From a virus, in IMG/VR virus record IMGVR_UViG_3300015371_000007, positions 1 to 64,000 of that record: 64,000 nt of DNA; one strand, 5' to 3'. Every line of letters starts with the position of its first letter. Within the stretch, counting starts at the first letter, position 1. Position numbers and translations under genes: made by a program. Shown piece after piece: positions 35,394 through 45,072 of the stretch. The notes below the pieces were generated by a model that was not told the DNA's origin, ran no database searches, and saw nothing but the letters and a program-made list of their open reading frames with translations.

Positions 35394-37898
35394 ATGCCGA
35401 AGCGCCCAATTCAGACCGTCCGTCCGAGCCCGTCGGACGATCTGCCGCCCGGTGCCGTCGGGGCGACCCTCGCCTCGAACCGCCCCGGCACTCTGACGCA
35501 AGCCTCCGCCGAAGAACTGGCGGAAGCCACCGCGCGCACCCAGCAAGAGAAGGCCGACGCCTTCATCGCCATCGCCCGCAAACGCTGGCGGCAAAGCGCC
35601 AGCAGTGAAGCCGAGCTGCGCAAGGACATGCTCGACGACCTGCGGTTCTACAACGCCGAGCAGTGGCCCGACAACATCCGGCTCGATCGCGTGCTCGACG
35701 GGCGTCCGTGTCTGACCATCAACCGGCTCCCGCAGTTCGTCCGACAGGTCCTCAACCAGGCGCGCCAGCAGCGGCCGGCGATTCAGTACAACCCGATCGA
35801 CAACGGGGCCGACGTCGACACCGCCGAAGTGCTGCAGGGCATCGCGCGCAGCATCGAGCGCAACTCCAACGCGCCGATGGCCTACAACACTGCCAACGAG
35901 CATCAGGTCATCATGGGCCGCGGGTGGCTCCGCGTCCGCGCCGACTGGATTGCCCACGATAGCTTCGACCAAGAAATCCTCATCGAGAGTCCCGAGGATC
36001 CCTTCATCGTCTATCCCGACGTCGCCGCGGGGAAACCCGATGGCAGCGACGCGCTGTGGGGCTTCCTCATCGCGCGCGTGCCCTGGTACGAATACAAGGT
36101 CAAGTACCCCGGCGCCGCCAAGGCGTCGATGTCGGACTGGACGAGCATCGGCGATGAAACCGCCGAGTGGGTCAATGAAAGCGGCGTGCTCGTCGCCGAG
36201 TATTACTACATCGACATGGTGCCGGCGGAGCTGGCCGAGTACTACGTCGACGTCGGCGCGCCGACCCCGCTCAAGATCACCACCTATCGCGACGTCATCC
36301 GCCCCGCCGACACCAAGCCCGGTCCGAACGGGGAGCCGCCGCGCGTCACGATCATCCGCACCCGCGAGACCGTGCGCCGCCAGCTCCGGTGGGCGACGAT
36401 CAACGGGCTCGAAGTCCTCGAAGGCAACGCCGACAAGACCGCCGGCCGCGATCTGCCGGGCCCCTTCATCCCGCTGGTGCCGGTCCAAGGCGAGAAGCTC
36501 GTCGTCAACGGCAAGCGGAACCTGCGCGGCATGGTCCGCGACGCCAAGGATCCCCAGCGGACCTACAACTTTTGGGTCAGTGCCGAGACCGAGCTGATTG
36601 CGCTGGCGCCGCGCGCGCCGGTCATCGGCGCGGTCGGCCAGTTCGAGTCGACCAAGGAGCAGTGGCTGCAGGCGAACCGCCGCAACTTCCCCTTCCTCGA
36701 ATACGACCCGATCGACGTCAACGGCAACCTCGTGCCGGCGCCGCAGCGCAACGCCTTCGACCCCAACATCAGCCCGATCGTCGCCGCCACCCAGCAGGCC
36801 GACATGGACCTCAAGTCCGTGATCGGCATGTTCGACGCGTCGCAGGAGCGCAGCCGCGAGCAGTCCGGCAAGGCGATCCTCGCCCGCCAGGCGCAAGGCG
36901 AACAGGGCACGTCGCATTTCCTCGCCCATCAGGCCTTGTCGATTCAGCAGGTCGGCCGGATTCTCCTGCACTGGATCCCGGTCTACTACGACCAGCCGCG
37001 CGTCATCCGCATCGTCGGCATCGACGACCGCGAGCGCGACGTGCTGGTGCACGCCGGCAATCCCGACGGGGCCGACCAGGCGCAGCAGCAGCTCAAGGAC
37101 GACCCGCTCATGCAGGCCGTCTCGTCGGGCGCCATCTACGACGTGGGCGTCGGCCGCTACGACGTCGGCGTCTCCGTCACGCCGTCGTTCCAGTCGCGCC
37201 GCGCGGAGTCAGTCGAGGCGATGACGTCCCTGCTCCAGACGTTCCCGCTGGCGGCACCCTACGCGCTCGACGTGATCACGAAGAACATGGACTGGCCGGG
37301 CGCGCGCGAGCTGTCCGAGCGCTTCAAGCACCTCGTGCCGGCCGAAGCGCGCGAGCCGGAGGACGGCAGCAAGCCGCTCCCGCCCGAAGTGCAGGCGCAG
37401 ATGGGGCAGATGCAGCAGCAAATGCAGCTGATGGGGCAGCAGCTCGAAGAGCAGCAGAAGATCATCGACACCAAGGCGACCGAGCAGGCCGGGCTCGCCA
37501 AGATCCGGCAGATGGAGCTGGAGTCCAACGAGCGCCTCGCCAAGATGAAGGGCGAGATCGAGATCGCCAAGGTCGAAGAGAAGGCCCGCGCCGAGGCCTC
37601 GCTCACCCTCCTCGAAGCCAAGCTCAAGGAACTAGAGAACCAGCAACTCTTCCTCCACGAGCGCAAGCTGCAGCTCGAAGCGCCCCAGCCCGGCGAGAAG
37701 GCCGCGCCCGAGAAGCGCCAGGTCTCGGAGAGCTTGAACTACAAGGACGCGCCGCCGGACGTCCGCCGCCAGATCGAGAAGCAGGCGGGGCTGGTCCCGT
37801 CGAAGCACAGCGATCTGGAGGTCAAGAAGCTGAAGGAAGAGGCCAAGCCGAAGCCGGCCCCGGCCGCAGTGAAGAAGAAACCCGATTTGAAGGCGTAG
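35394..37898 (+). CDS. Portal protein (P22 gp1-like)
   Basis: DDLRFYNAEQW, RPCLTINRL, GMVRDAKDPQRTYNFW, SGKAILARQ, C-terminal coiled-coil barrel. Confidence 0.95.
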   Translation: MPKRPIQTVRPSPSDDLPPGAVGATLASNRPGTLTQASAEELAEATARTQQEKADAFIAIARKRWRQSASSEAELRKDMLDDLRFYNAEQWPDNIRLDRVLDGRPCLTINRLPQFVRQVLNQARQQRPAIQYNPIDNGADVDTAEVLQGIARSIERNSNAPMAYNTANEHQVIMGRGWLRVRADWIAHDSFDQEILIESPEDPFIVYPDVAAGKPDGSDALWGFLIARVPWYEYKVKYPGAAKASMSDWTSIGDETAEWVNESGVLVAEYYYIDMVPAELAEYYVDVGAPTPLKITTYRDVIRPADTKPGPNGEPPRVTIIRTRETVRRQLRWATINGLEVLEGNADKTAGRDLPGPFIPLVPVQGEKLVVNGKRNLRGMVRDAKDPQRTYNFWVSAETELIALAPRAPVIGAVGQFESTKEQWLQANRRNFPFLEYDPIDVNGNLVPAPQRNAFDPNISPIVAATQQADMDLKSVIGMFDASQERSREQSGKAILARQAQGEQGTSHFLAHQALSIQQVGRILLHWIPVYYDQPRVIRIVGIDDRERDVLVHAGNPDGADQAQQQLKDDPLMQAVSSGAIYDVGVGRYDVGVSVTPSFQSRRAESVEAMTSLLQTFPLAAPYALDVITKNMDWPGARELSERFKHLVPAEAREPEDGSKPLPPEVQAQMGQMQQQMQLMGQQLEEQQKIIDTKATEQAGLAKIRQMELESNERLAKMKGEIEIAKVEEKARAEASLTLLEAKLKELENQQLFLHERKLQLEAPQPGEKAAPEKRQVSESLNYKDAPPDVRRQIEKQAGLVPSKHSDLEVKKLKEEAKPKPAPAAVKKKPDLKA

Positions 37899-37935
37899 CG
37901 GAAGGTTTGCATCATCGGACGGGGTACGAACCCGA

Positions 37936-38073
37936 ATGCCGCTGAAGCACGGAAGTAGTCGCAAGACCATCAGCGCCAATATCCGACGGGAGATTGCGCA
38001 CGGCAAGCCGCAGAAGCAGGCGGTGGCGATCGCGCTGTCGGAGGCGCGCCGAACCAAGGGGCGGAAGAAGTAG
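37936..38073 (+). CDS. Small basic protein (MPLKHGSSRKTISANIRREIAHGKPQKQAVAIALS)
   Basis: Widespread phage QAVAIAL motif; absent from the ORF track. Confidence 0.75.
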   Translation: MPLKHGSSRKTISANIRREIAHGKPQKQAVAIALSEARRTKGRKK

Positions 38074-38080
38074 GTCGGCC

Positions 38081-38203
38081 GTGCGCGGCTGGTGGCTGGT
38101 GCTCACGATCGCCGGGACGATCGTGGTCGGCTCCGTCGTGATTGATAGCTGGCGCCGGTGGCGCGCGTGGCGCGCCTGGCGACGGCGGATGCGGGAGCGA
38201 TGA
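38081..38203 (+). CDS. Small single-TM protein
   Basis: WWLVLTIAGTIVVGSVVI plus Arg-rich tail. Confidence 0.4.
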   Translation: MRGWWLVLTIAGTIVVGSVVIDSWRRWRAWRAWRRRMRER

Positions 38204-38253
38204 CGTGACAGCGGAGGACGCCATGACGTAGTGCGCCACGGAGGGCGCCAGTC

Positions 38254-38403
38254 ATGGCGAAGAAGTTCAAGAAGGCCGAGCGCTTCGACGCGGTCAACAA
38301 GGCCGCGATTCACGGGCGCCTCGGCCACACCCGCACGGGGGCGTGCACCGCGAAGGGGCGGTGTTACCACGGGCGGACACGACGACCGATCACCTCACGC
38401 TAG
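38254..38403 (+). CDS. Small basic hypothetical protein
   Basis: GGAGG RBS; MAKKFKKAERFDAVNK. Confidence 0.45.
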   Translation: MAKKFKKAERFDAVNKAAIHGRLGHTRTGACTAKGRCYHGRTRRPITSR

Positions 38404-38464
38404 GGGGCACCCGAAGAGCCGCCGCCCGCGGCCTGCGTGAGGGGACATAGGGCAACGGGGACCA

Positions 38465-38524
38465 GGGCGCCTCGTGAGACCGCGACTCATCTCGCGGATT
38501 CACGACGGCGCCCTTTCTTTTTTC
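38465..38524 (+). terminator. Long hairpin with U-tract (intrinsic terminator/attenuator) before the scaffold gene
   Basis: GGGCGCC-TCGTGA-..CCGCGA / TCGCGG-..TCACGA-.GGCGCCC followed by TTTCTTTTTT. Confidence 0.65.
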
Positions 38525-38551
38525 GCGGGTTCGTCCTGCGCCGTGGAGCCG

Positions 38552-39604
38552 ATGCCAGACGACACGATCACGCTGATCTCGACCACCGACACGCCGGAGC
38601 AGGTCACCGCCGCGCTGACCGGAAAGCCCGTGGAGGCGCCGGCCACGCCTCCGCCGGCCGCGCCCGTCGACGAGGCCGCGCCGCCGCCCGCGCCGCCGGC
38701 CGAAGAAACGCCCGAAGAGCGCGACACGCGTGAAGCCTCCGAGGCCGGCAGTCGGCTCGCGAAACGCAAGGCCAAGATTCAGGACGAGATCGATGAGCTG
38801 ACGCGCAGCAAGCACGCCGTGCGGCGCGACGTCGAAGCCGAGGAAGCGCGCCTCGCCGCGCTCCGGGCGGAACGCCCCGCGATCGATCCGTCGCACGCGC
38901 CCCGCGCCCAGGCGCCGCCCGAGCCCGCGGTCGCCGCGCCGCCGGACGAGACCCGGCCCGAACCGAAGCTCGACGCCCTCGACGACAAGGGCGTCGCCAA
39001 GTACGCGACGTACGAGGACTACCTCAGCGACCACGCGAAGTGGACGCGCGAAGAGGCGGTCGCCGCCGCCAAAAAGATTGTCGAGCAAGAAAAACTTGCC
39101 GAGCGCGAACGCATCGAACGCGACTCGGCCTCTCGTGTGGTCAACGAACATCTCGCCACCTACAACACCGACCTCGAGACGTTCAAGAAGACCCACGCCG
39201 ATTTCGATGCAGCGTTCGACGACGCGAAAGACGCGGTGCAGGAGACGTTGATCGGCCTCGGACCCAATGCCTTGAAGATCATCGACGGCTACACCGTCTT
39301 TGACGCCGAGGACGGGCCGGCGCTCACCTACTACCTCCTGAAACACCCGGACGAACTGAAGGCGATCGCGCTCAAGGCGCCGCACCAGCAGGTCGTCCAT
39401 CTCGCGCGCCTCGACGAACGTCTCCGCAGCGGGACCGCCAAAGCCACCGGCACGTCTCCCGCCGCACCAACACCAACCAGGGCCCCCGAACCTATTAAGC
39501 CGGTGGGATCGGGCCCTACGGCCACCACGGTGCCGATCGACGAGGAGTCCTTTCAGGACTACAAGCTGCGTCGCGAACGCGACCTGCGCGCCCGACGCGC
39601 CTAA
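38552..39604 (+). CDS. Capsid scaffolding protein
   Basis: KIQDEIDELTR, PEPKLD..., GPALTYYLLKHPDE, TRAPEPIKPV; position between portal and coat. Confidence 0.85.
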   Translation: MPDDTITLISTTDTPEQVTAALTGKPVEAPATPPPAAPVDEAAPPPAPPAEETPEERDTREASEAGSRLAKRKAKIQDEIDELTRSKHAVRRDVEAEEARLAALRAERPAIDPSHAPRAQAPPEPAVAAPPDETRPEPKLDALDDKGVAKYATYEDYLSDHAKWTREEAVAAAKKIVEQEKLAERERIERDSASRVVNEHLATYNTDLETFKKTHADFDAAFDDAKDAVQETLIGLGPNALKIIDGYTVFDAEDGPALTYYLLKHPDELKAIALKAPHQQVVHLARLDERLRSGTAKATGTSPAAPTPTRAPEPIKPVGSGPTATTVPIDEESFQDYKLRRERDLRARRA

Positions 39605-39673
39605 GTCCAGAAGTACCGCCATCCGTCTCGCGCAATGCGTGGAGCCGCCAGCAACTCGCTGATGAGGGCTCCG

Positions 39674-41020
39674 ATGAGGAAAGTTCTGCTCCGTTGGCTC
39701 CAGAACAACACGTTCTGCTGGGCCGTGTCGGCTGTCGTGACGTTCGTGGTGTATCTGCTGATCCAGCAGGGACACGACGCACGCGGCCTCAGTTACGCCG
39801 ATAACACGCTCCTGACGATTTCGATGATCACGCGCGAAGCGCTGCGGATCCTCGAAAACAACCTGTCGTTCACCAAGCGGATCAACCGCCAGTACGACGA
39901 CAAGTTCGCGATCGAAGGCGCGAAGATCGGCTACGTCGTCAACGCGCGTAAGCCCGTGCGCTACATCGTGTCCACCGGCCAGGCGCTGGCCCTGCAGGAT
40001 GCGACCGAGACGCAGGTTCCCGTGGCGCTCACCACGCAGGACCACGTCGACTTCCAGTTCTCCTCGGCCGACCTGAAGCTGTCGATCGACGACTTCGGGG
40101 ATCGCTTCATCCAGCCTGCCGTCGCCGCGCTGGCGAACAAGATGGATTTCAACGGGCTGCAGCTCTACAAGCAGATTTTCAACGCGGTCGGCACCCCCGG
40201 TGTCAACGTCGCCGACCTCCTGACCTATCTGCTCGCGGGCGTGAAGCTCGATAACAACGCGGCGCCGCAGGACGAGCAGCGCTACGTCGTCATCACGCCG
40301 AAGATGCAGGCGTACGTCGTCGACGCGCTGAAGGGGCTGTTCCAGCAGTCGACGGCGATCGCGACGCAGTACACGAAGGGCACGATGGGGATCGCCGGCG
40401 GCTTCACGTGGGCGATGGATCAGAACTGCCCGACCCACGTCAGCGGCACGTTCGCCGGCTCGCCGACCGTCAGCGCCGTCGCCGGCCAGACCGGCAGCTC
40501 GATCGACACGATCGCCTGGACCGCTGGCCCGTCGCTCAAGAAGGGCGACACCTTCACGATGGCGGGCGTTTTCTCGGTCAACCCGCAGTCGCGCCAGTCC
40601 ACCGGCGACCTGCAGCAGTTCACCGTGACGGCCGACGTCGCGTCGGCGGGCACAACCCTGACGATCGCGATCTCGCCGCCCATCATCACCAGCGGCGCCT
40701 TCCAGACCGTCTCGAACTCGCCGGCCGCGAGCGCGGCGATCGTCTACAACGCCGGGAGCGGCGCCTCGGGCGCGACCGGATCGTCCTCGCCCCTCGGCCT
40801 GGCGTTCCATCGCGACGCGTTCACGCTCGTCACCGCGGACCTGCCCGTGCCGAAGGGCACCGACATGGCCTCACGCGTGAGCGACAAGCAGCTCGGGATC
40901 TCGCTGCGCATCGTGCGCGACTACGACATCACGACCGACCAGTTCCCGTGCCGCATCGACGTGCTGTACGGCTGGGCGGTGCTGCGGCCTGAACTGGCCT
41001 GCCGCATTTACTCCGCGTAA
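39674..41020 (+). CDS. Major capsid (P22 coat-like) protein with a ~41-aa hydrophobic N-terminal leader
   Basis: NTLLTISMITREALRILENNL, FIQPAVAALAN, LAFHRDAFTL, CRIDVLYGWAVLRPELACR. Confidence 0.95.
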   Translation: MRKVLLRWLQNNTFCWAVSAVVTFVVYLLIQQGHDARGLSYADNTLLTISMITREALRILENNLSFTKRINRQYDDKFAIEGAKIGYVVNARKPVRYIVSTGQALALQDATETQVPVALTTQDHVDFQFSSADLKLSIDDFGDRFIQPAVAALANKMDFNGLQLYKQIFNAVGTPGVNVADLLTYLLAGVKLDNNAAPQDEQRYVVITPKMQAYVVDALKGLFQQSTAIATQYTKGTMGIAGGFTWAMDQNCPTHVSGTFAGSPTVSAVAGQTGSSIDTIAWTAGPSLKKGDTFTMAGVFSVNPQSRQSTGDLQQFTVTADVASAGTTLTIAISPPIITSGAFQTVSNSPAASAAIVYNAGSGASGATGSSSPLGLAFHRDAFTLVTADLPVPKGTDMASRVSDKQLGISLRIVRDYDITTDQFPCRIDVLYGWAVLRPELACRIYSA

Positions 41021-41045
41021 CGCGGCGCAGCAGGAGGACAGGCAC

Positions 41046-41657
41046 ATGGCTCTTACTCGGACGACTCTCTCAGGCGGCTGCTCGGCGACCGATTTCGAGA
41101 TCCTGGTCGCCAGCATCGCCGGCCTCAGCGTCGGCAGTTCGCTGAAGTGCGACGGGGAACAGATGCGCGTGCAGGCGATTGGGTCGTCCGCCGCCATCCC
41201 GGTCAAGGTCCTACGGGGCGTCGGGGGCACCGCCGTGGTCGCCCATCCGGCGAGTGCCGGCGTCGTCTTCGGCGATCCCGCGGACTTTCTCTACAAACCG
41301 CAGTCGGGCGGCAAGGGGCGCGACGTCGTCAGCTACAGCGCCTCCGGCGCGCTCACGCTGCCGGTCGCGGGGCGCGACGTGGTCGCGATCCTCAACGGCA
41401 CCGGCGCGCTCGCGATGACGCTCGCCGATCCGTCGAAGGAAAACGACGGCGACATGCTCTTCATCGCGAGCAACGGCAAGGCCGCGCATACGGTCACCAC
41501 GACGACTGGCTACGGTGACGGCGGCGCGTCCTACGTGAAGTTCACGTTCGCGGCCGGCGCCCGCAACGTACTCAACCTCGTAGCCATCAACGAACGGTGG
41601 GTGACGAGCCTTATCGGCGGGACCGCCACGGCGATCACGACGACGGTCTCGGCCTAA
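41046..41657 (+). CDS. Putative head decoration/cement protein, paralog 1
   Basis: Directly after the coat gene; beta-rich; highly similar to the next gene. Confidence 0.6.
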   Translation: MALTRTTLSGGCSATDFEILVASIAGLSVGSSLKCDGEQMRVQAIGSSAAIPVKVLRGVGGTAVVAHPASAGVVFGDPADFLYKPQSGGKGRDVVSYSASGALTLPVAGRDVVAILNGTGALAMTLADPSKENDGDMLFIASNGKAAHTVTTTTGYGDGGASYVKFTFAAGARNVLNLVAINERWVTSLIGGTATAITTTVSA

Positions 41658-41672
41658 CGGGAGGACAGGTCA

Positions 41673-42290
41673 ATGGCTCTAGTGCGGACAACTCTTTCAG
41701 GAGGCGTCGCGGCGACGGATCTGGAGATCCTGCTCGCGTCGCTCACCGGGCTCACCGTCGGCAGCACCCTCAAGATCGACGCCGAGCAGTTTCGCGTGCA
41801 GGCGCTGCCCTCAGCCGCGACCGTACCGGTCAAGGTGTTGCGCGGCGTGAACGGCACCAACGTCGCGGCCCATCCGACCGGCGCGGGCGTCGTGGGGGGC
41901 GATCCTGCCGACTTCGTGGGCAAGCCGCTCGCGCTTTCGGGCCGCGCGCGCGACGTTATCAGCTACAGCGCCTCGGGCGCGCTGACGCTGCCGACGCCGG
42001 GCCGCGACATGGTCGCCATCCTCAACGGCACGACCTTGCGTGCGATGACGCTGGCAGTGCCGACGAAGGAAAACGACGGCGACATCCTCATCGTCGTGGG
42101 CAACGGCAAGGCCGCGCACACGGTGACCATCAGCGGAGGCCTCGGCGCCGCTGGCGCTGGCTACACGGTCGGCACGTTCGACGTCGGCGCACAGTGCTCG
42201 ATGGAGTTTATCGCGGCCAACGAGGTGTGGGTGCCGCTGGGCTCGCCCATGTCGGGCACCCTGACCGCGGCGGACGTCGCCGTCGCGTAA
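41673..42290 (+). CDS. Putative head decoration/cement protein, paralog 2
   Basis: MALxRTTLSGG...SYSASGALTLP...KENDGD shared with paralog 1. Confidence 0.6.
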   Translation: MALVRTTLSGGVAATDLEILLASLTGLTVGSTLKIDAEQFRVQALPSAATVPVKVLRGVNGTNVAAHPTGAGVVGGDPADFVGKPLALSGRARDVISYSASGALTLPTPGRDMVAILNGTTLRAMTLAVPTKENDGDILIVVGNGKAAHTVTISGGLGAAGAGYTVGTFDVGAQCSMEFIAANEVWVPLGSPMSGTLTAADVAVA

Positions 42291-42295
42291 CGGTG

Positions 42296-44077
42296 ATGAC
42301 CGCGAACACGCGCGGGATGAGCGCGGCCCTGCTCGGGGCCGCGCTCCTTCTGTGGAGTGCGCCGACCGCGGCGCAGATCCTCGGACAGGACAACATCACG
42401 GCGAACGGCCAGGCGGTGGCGTTCATGGCGATCCCGGCGAACACCGGGGCCGTCACGTTCACGATCTCGGGCACGTGGACGGGCACGTTGCAGCTGGAAG
42501 TCACCGCGGACGGGACGAATTGGGTGGCGGCGGCGGCACTGCCCTCATCCGGCGGCGCCACGGTCAGCTCGACGACAGGGACGGGCGTCTGGTCGATTCT
42601 CAACTACGGGTTCGTCGGCTTCCGCGCGCGCGCGAGCGCTTTCGCGAGCGGCACGGCGGTCATCTCAGCGACGGCAGGGAAACAGGTCACGCTCAGCGGC
42701 GCCGTCACCGTCAGCGACATCACGTCGAGCGGGCGAATACTGCTCGCCAACGGGACGGCCAACGCGCCTAGTCTCAGTTTCTCTGGCGCGACGACGAATG
42801 GGCTCTGGAACAATGCCGGCCTGCCGACCTTTTCGGTGCTCGGCTCGGCCCGCGTGGGCTGGGGCTCCAGCACGATCGGGATGCAGCTCGACTCGGCCTA
42901 TCCGCTCTCGTGGAGCGGCACCACACCCGGCAACCCATCCGACGTCCTGCTCTTCCGCGACGGCGCGGGCGCGCTCGGGTTACGGCAAGGTGCGAACCAG
43001 CAGCGGGTCAACATCTATAACACCTACACCGACGCGAGTAACTACGAGCGCGGGTTCGCGTTGTGGAACGCGAATGCGTTCGTGATTGGGACGGAGTTTT
43101 TGGGCAGCGGGTCGGTGCGTTCGATGGCCTTCTCGACGCCCGCGTCGGGGAACATCTTCATGAGTCCCGGCAACTCCGACAAATGGATGTTTCAGGGGCT
43201 GGGGCACATCACGGCCGTCACCGACAACGTCTACGACATCGGCGCGAGCGGCGCGAACCGGCCGCGCAACCTCTTTCTCGGTGGCACCGTGACGGCCGGC
43301 GGCACGGTCAACACGGGCGCCAACTTCGGCATGAACTCCGGCGGGTCGATCGTGTGGGCGAGTCGGTCGGTGATCAACTCTCCTGCTGACGGCGTCGTCA
43401 CGCTGTTGAATAACACGTCCACGGATTTCACGCGCCTCAATTTCGGCGGGACCACGAGCGCGTTCCCGGCCATCTTTCGCAACAGCAACTTCCTTCAGAT
43501 CGGGCTGGCCGACGGCACGGGCGCGTCGACGGCGATCTCGTCGGGCAGCATCTCCAGCGGGCAGGTGCAGGTTAGCGGGCAGGCGATCACGGCTGGCTCT
43601 GGCGCGGGGATCACGCTGAACAATGCCGGCACCACGACCCGGCAGGTCTACAAGGTCACGATCACGCCCGCGGCCTTCATCTGCAACGCCGTGACGTGCG
43701 ACATCACGATCGCGACGATCCCTGACAAGACGCTACTCGCGGGCGTGCTGGCGGACATGACCCAGGTCTTCGCGTGCGCCGCCGTGTGCACGAGCGCGAC
43801 CTTGTCGTTCCAGCTGGGCACCGGATCTGGCGGCACCCAATTCCTCGCGTCGTTCGACGCGGATGCGGCGATCGGACGATTCGGCACCACCGACGCGCAG
43901 ATGGGCACCTTGAACAACAGGGCCGCAGCCGTTCAGGGCGGGGTGTGGATTTCTGGCGGGACGCAGACCGTGGTCCTGCGATTGACGAGCGGCACGGGCG
44001 TGGTCGGCACCGGCGCGGCGACGAATCTCTCGCAGGGCAGCATCACCTTCTATCTCATCACCGACCGACTGCCGTAG
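42296..44077 (+). CDS. Fibre-like structural-module protein with a Sec-type signal peptide
   Basis: MTANTRGMSAALLGAALLLWSAPTAA|QILG; GTANAPSLSF and DNVYDIGASGANRPRNLF fibre-like motifs. Confidence 0.7.
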   Translation: MTANTRGMSAALLGAALLLWSAPTAAQILGQDNITANGQAVAFMAIPANTGAVTFTISGTWTGTLQLEVTADGTNWVAAAALPSSGGATVSSTTGTGVWSILNYGFVGFRARASAFASGTAVISATAGKQVTLSGAVTVSDITSSGRILLANGTANAPSLSFSGATTNGLWNNAGLPTFSVLGSARVGWGSSTIGMQLDSAYPLSWSGTTPGNPSDVLLFRDGAGALGLRQGANQQRVNIYNTYTDASNYERGFALWNANAFVIGTEFLGSGSVRSMAFSTPASGNIFMSPGNSDKWMFQGLGHITAVTDNVYDIGASGANRPRNLFLGGTVTAGGTVNTGANFGMNSGGSIVWASRSVINSPADGVVTLLNNTSTDFTRLNFGGTTSAFPAIFRNSNFLQIGLADGTGASTAISSGSISSGQVQVSGQAITAGSGAGITLNNAGTTTRQVYKVTITPAAFICNAVTCDITIATIPDKTLLAGVLADMTQVFACAAVCTSATLSFQLGTGSGGTQFLASFDADAAIGRFGTTDAQMGTLNNRAAAVQGGVWISGGTQTVVLRLTSGTGVVGTGAATNLSQGSITFYLITDRLP

Positions 44078-44097
44078 ACCGACGAAGCGAGGTGCCT

Positions 44098-44313
44098 GTG
44101 AGTGATGACCCTGTAGTCCAACGCTATCCCGCGTGGCGCTATCACGCGACCGAACCGGCCGTGGTCGTGGAGAACGCGGAGGCTGACGAACGGCTCGGCG
44201 ACGGCTGGTTCGACTCGCCAGCGCTCACGAAGCCGGCGAAGGCCGCGAAGAAAACCGAGGAGCCGGCCGAGGAGCCGGAGCCCGAGGAACCGCACCACAA
44301 GCGCCGCAAGTAA
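44098..44313 (+). CDS. Small protein (YPAWRYH...GWFDSPA)
   Basis: GAGG RBS; pattern seen in P22-like head modules. Confidence 0.65.
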   Translation: MSDDPVVQRYPAWRYHATEPAVVVENAEADERLGDGWFDSPALTKPAKAAKKTEEPAEEPEPEEPHHKRRK

Positions 44314-44337
44314 CGCGCGCGGCGTGAGGGCCGCACC

Positions 44338-45072
44338 ATGACGGCACGCGACATCATCACCGCGACGCTGCGCAGCATTCGTGTGCTCGGCGTGGGCGAT
44401 ACCCTTCTGGCCGAAGACGCCAATGATGCCTTCGACCGCCTGAACGACTGGCTGGACGGGCTCGCCTTGGAGCGCCTGGCGATCTACTACGTCACGCGCA
44501 CGAGCGTGCCGCTGGCGGCGAGCACGGCCACTTACACCATTGGCACCGGCGGCGTGATCAACATCGTGCGGCCGACGCAGATCGAGGCCGCGGGCTTGAT
44601 TCAGGACCCGAGCAACCCGGTCCCGTTCGAGCAGGGCGTCGAAATCTGGACGGATCAGCGTTGGCAGCAGTGCCCGAACAAGACGCTCACGAGCACCTAC
44701 GTGCAGGCGATCTACTACGACCACAATTGGGTCGCCGGGCTTGGCACGATCTACGTCTGGCCGATCCCGACCATCGGCACCACGCGGCTGGTGCTCTACA
44801 CGCCGGTCGCGTTGGCGGAGTTCGCGACGCTCGATACGAACTACACCTTCCCGCCGGGCTATCGCCGGTACATCCGCACCAACTTCGCCGCCGAGATCGC
44901 CTCGGAGTACGGCAAGCAGCTCTCGTCGGACCAAGTCGCGGCCGCGCGCCACGCGAAGGCGCAGGTCAAGCGCGCGAACATCCGCCCGGTCGAGTCGCGC
45001 GTCGATGCGGCGCTCCTGACCTCGTCTGAACAGTTCGATTGGCGGACGGGAGACTGGAAAGGGGGACGGTGA
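44338..45072 (+). CDS. Head-to-tail adaptor (P22 gp4-like)
   Basis: MTARDIITATLRSIRVLG...LNDWLD...FPPGYRRYI..NFAAEIASEYG. Confidence 0.8.
   Translation: MTARDIITATLRSIRVLGVGDTLLAEDANDAFDRLNDWLDGLALERLAIYYVTRTSVPLAASTATYTIGTGGVINIVRPTQIEAAGLIQDPSNPVPFEQGVEIWTDQRWQQCPNKTLTSTYVQAIYYDHNWVAGLGTIYVWPIPTIGTTRLVLYTPVALAEFATLDTNYTFPPGYRRYIRTNFAAEIASEYGKQLSSDQVAAARHAKAQVKRANIRPVESRVDAALLTSSEQFDWRTGDWKGGR

Noticed and set aside
34448-38233. CACTACGTCA shared (inverted) at ~34448 and ~38224 as a late-promoter element
   Set aside because: Only two copies, in opposite orientation; insufficient support.
41597-42295. 826-aa ORF starting at 41597
   Set aside because: Its first ~230 codons overlap the real 41673..42290 gene and read as Arg-rich off-frame sequence; the start is placed at 42296.
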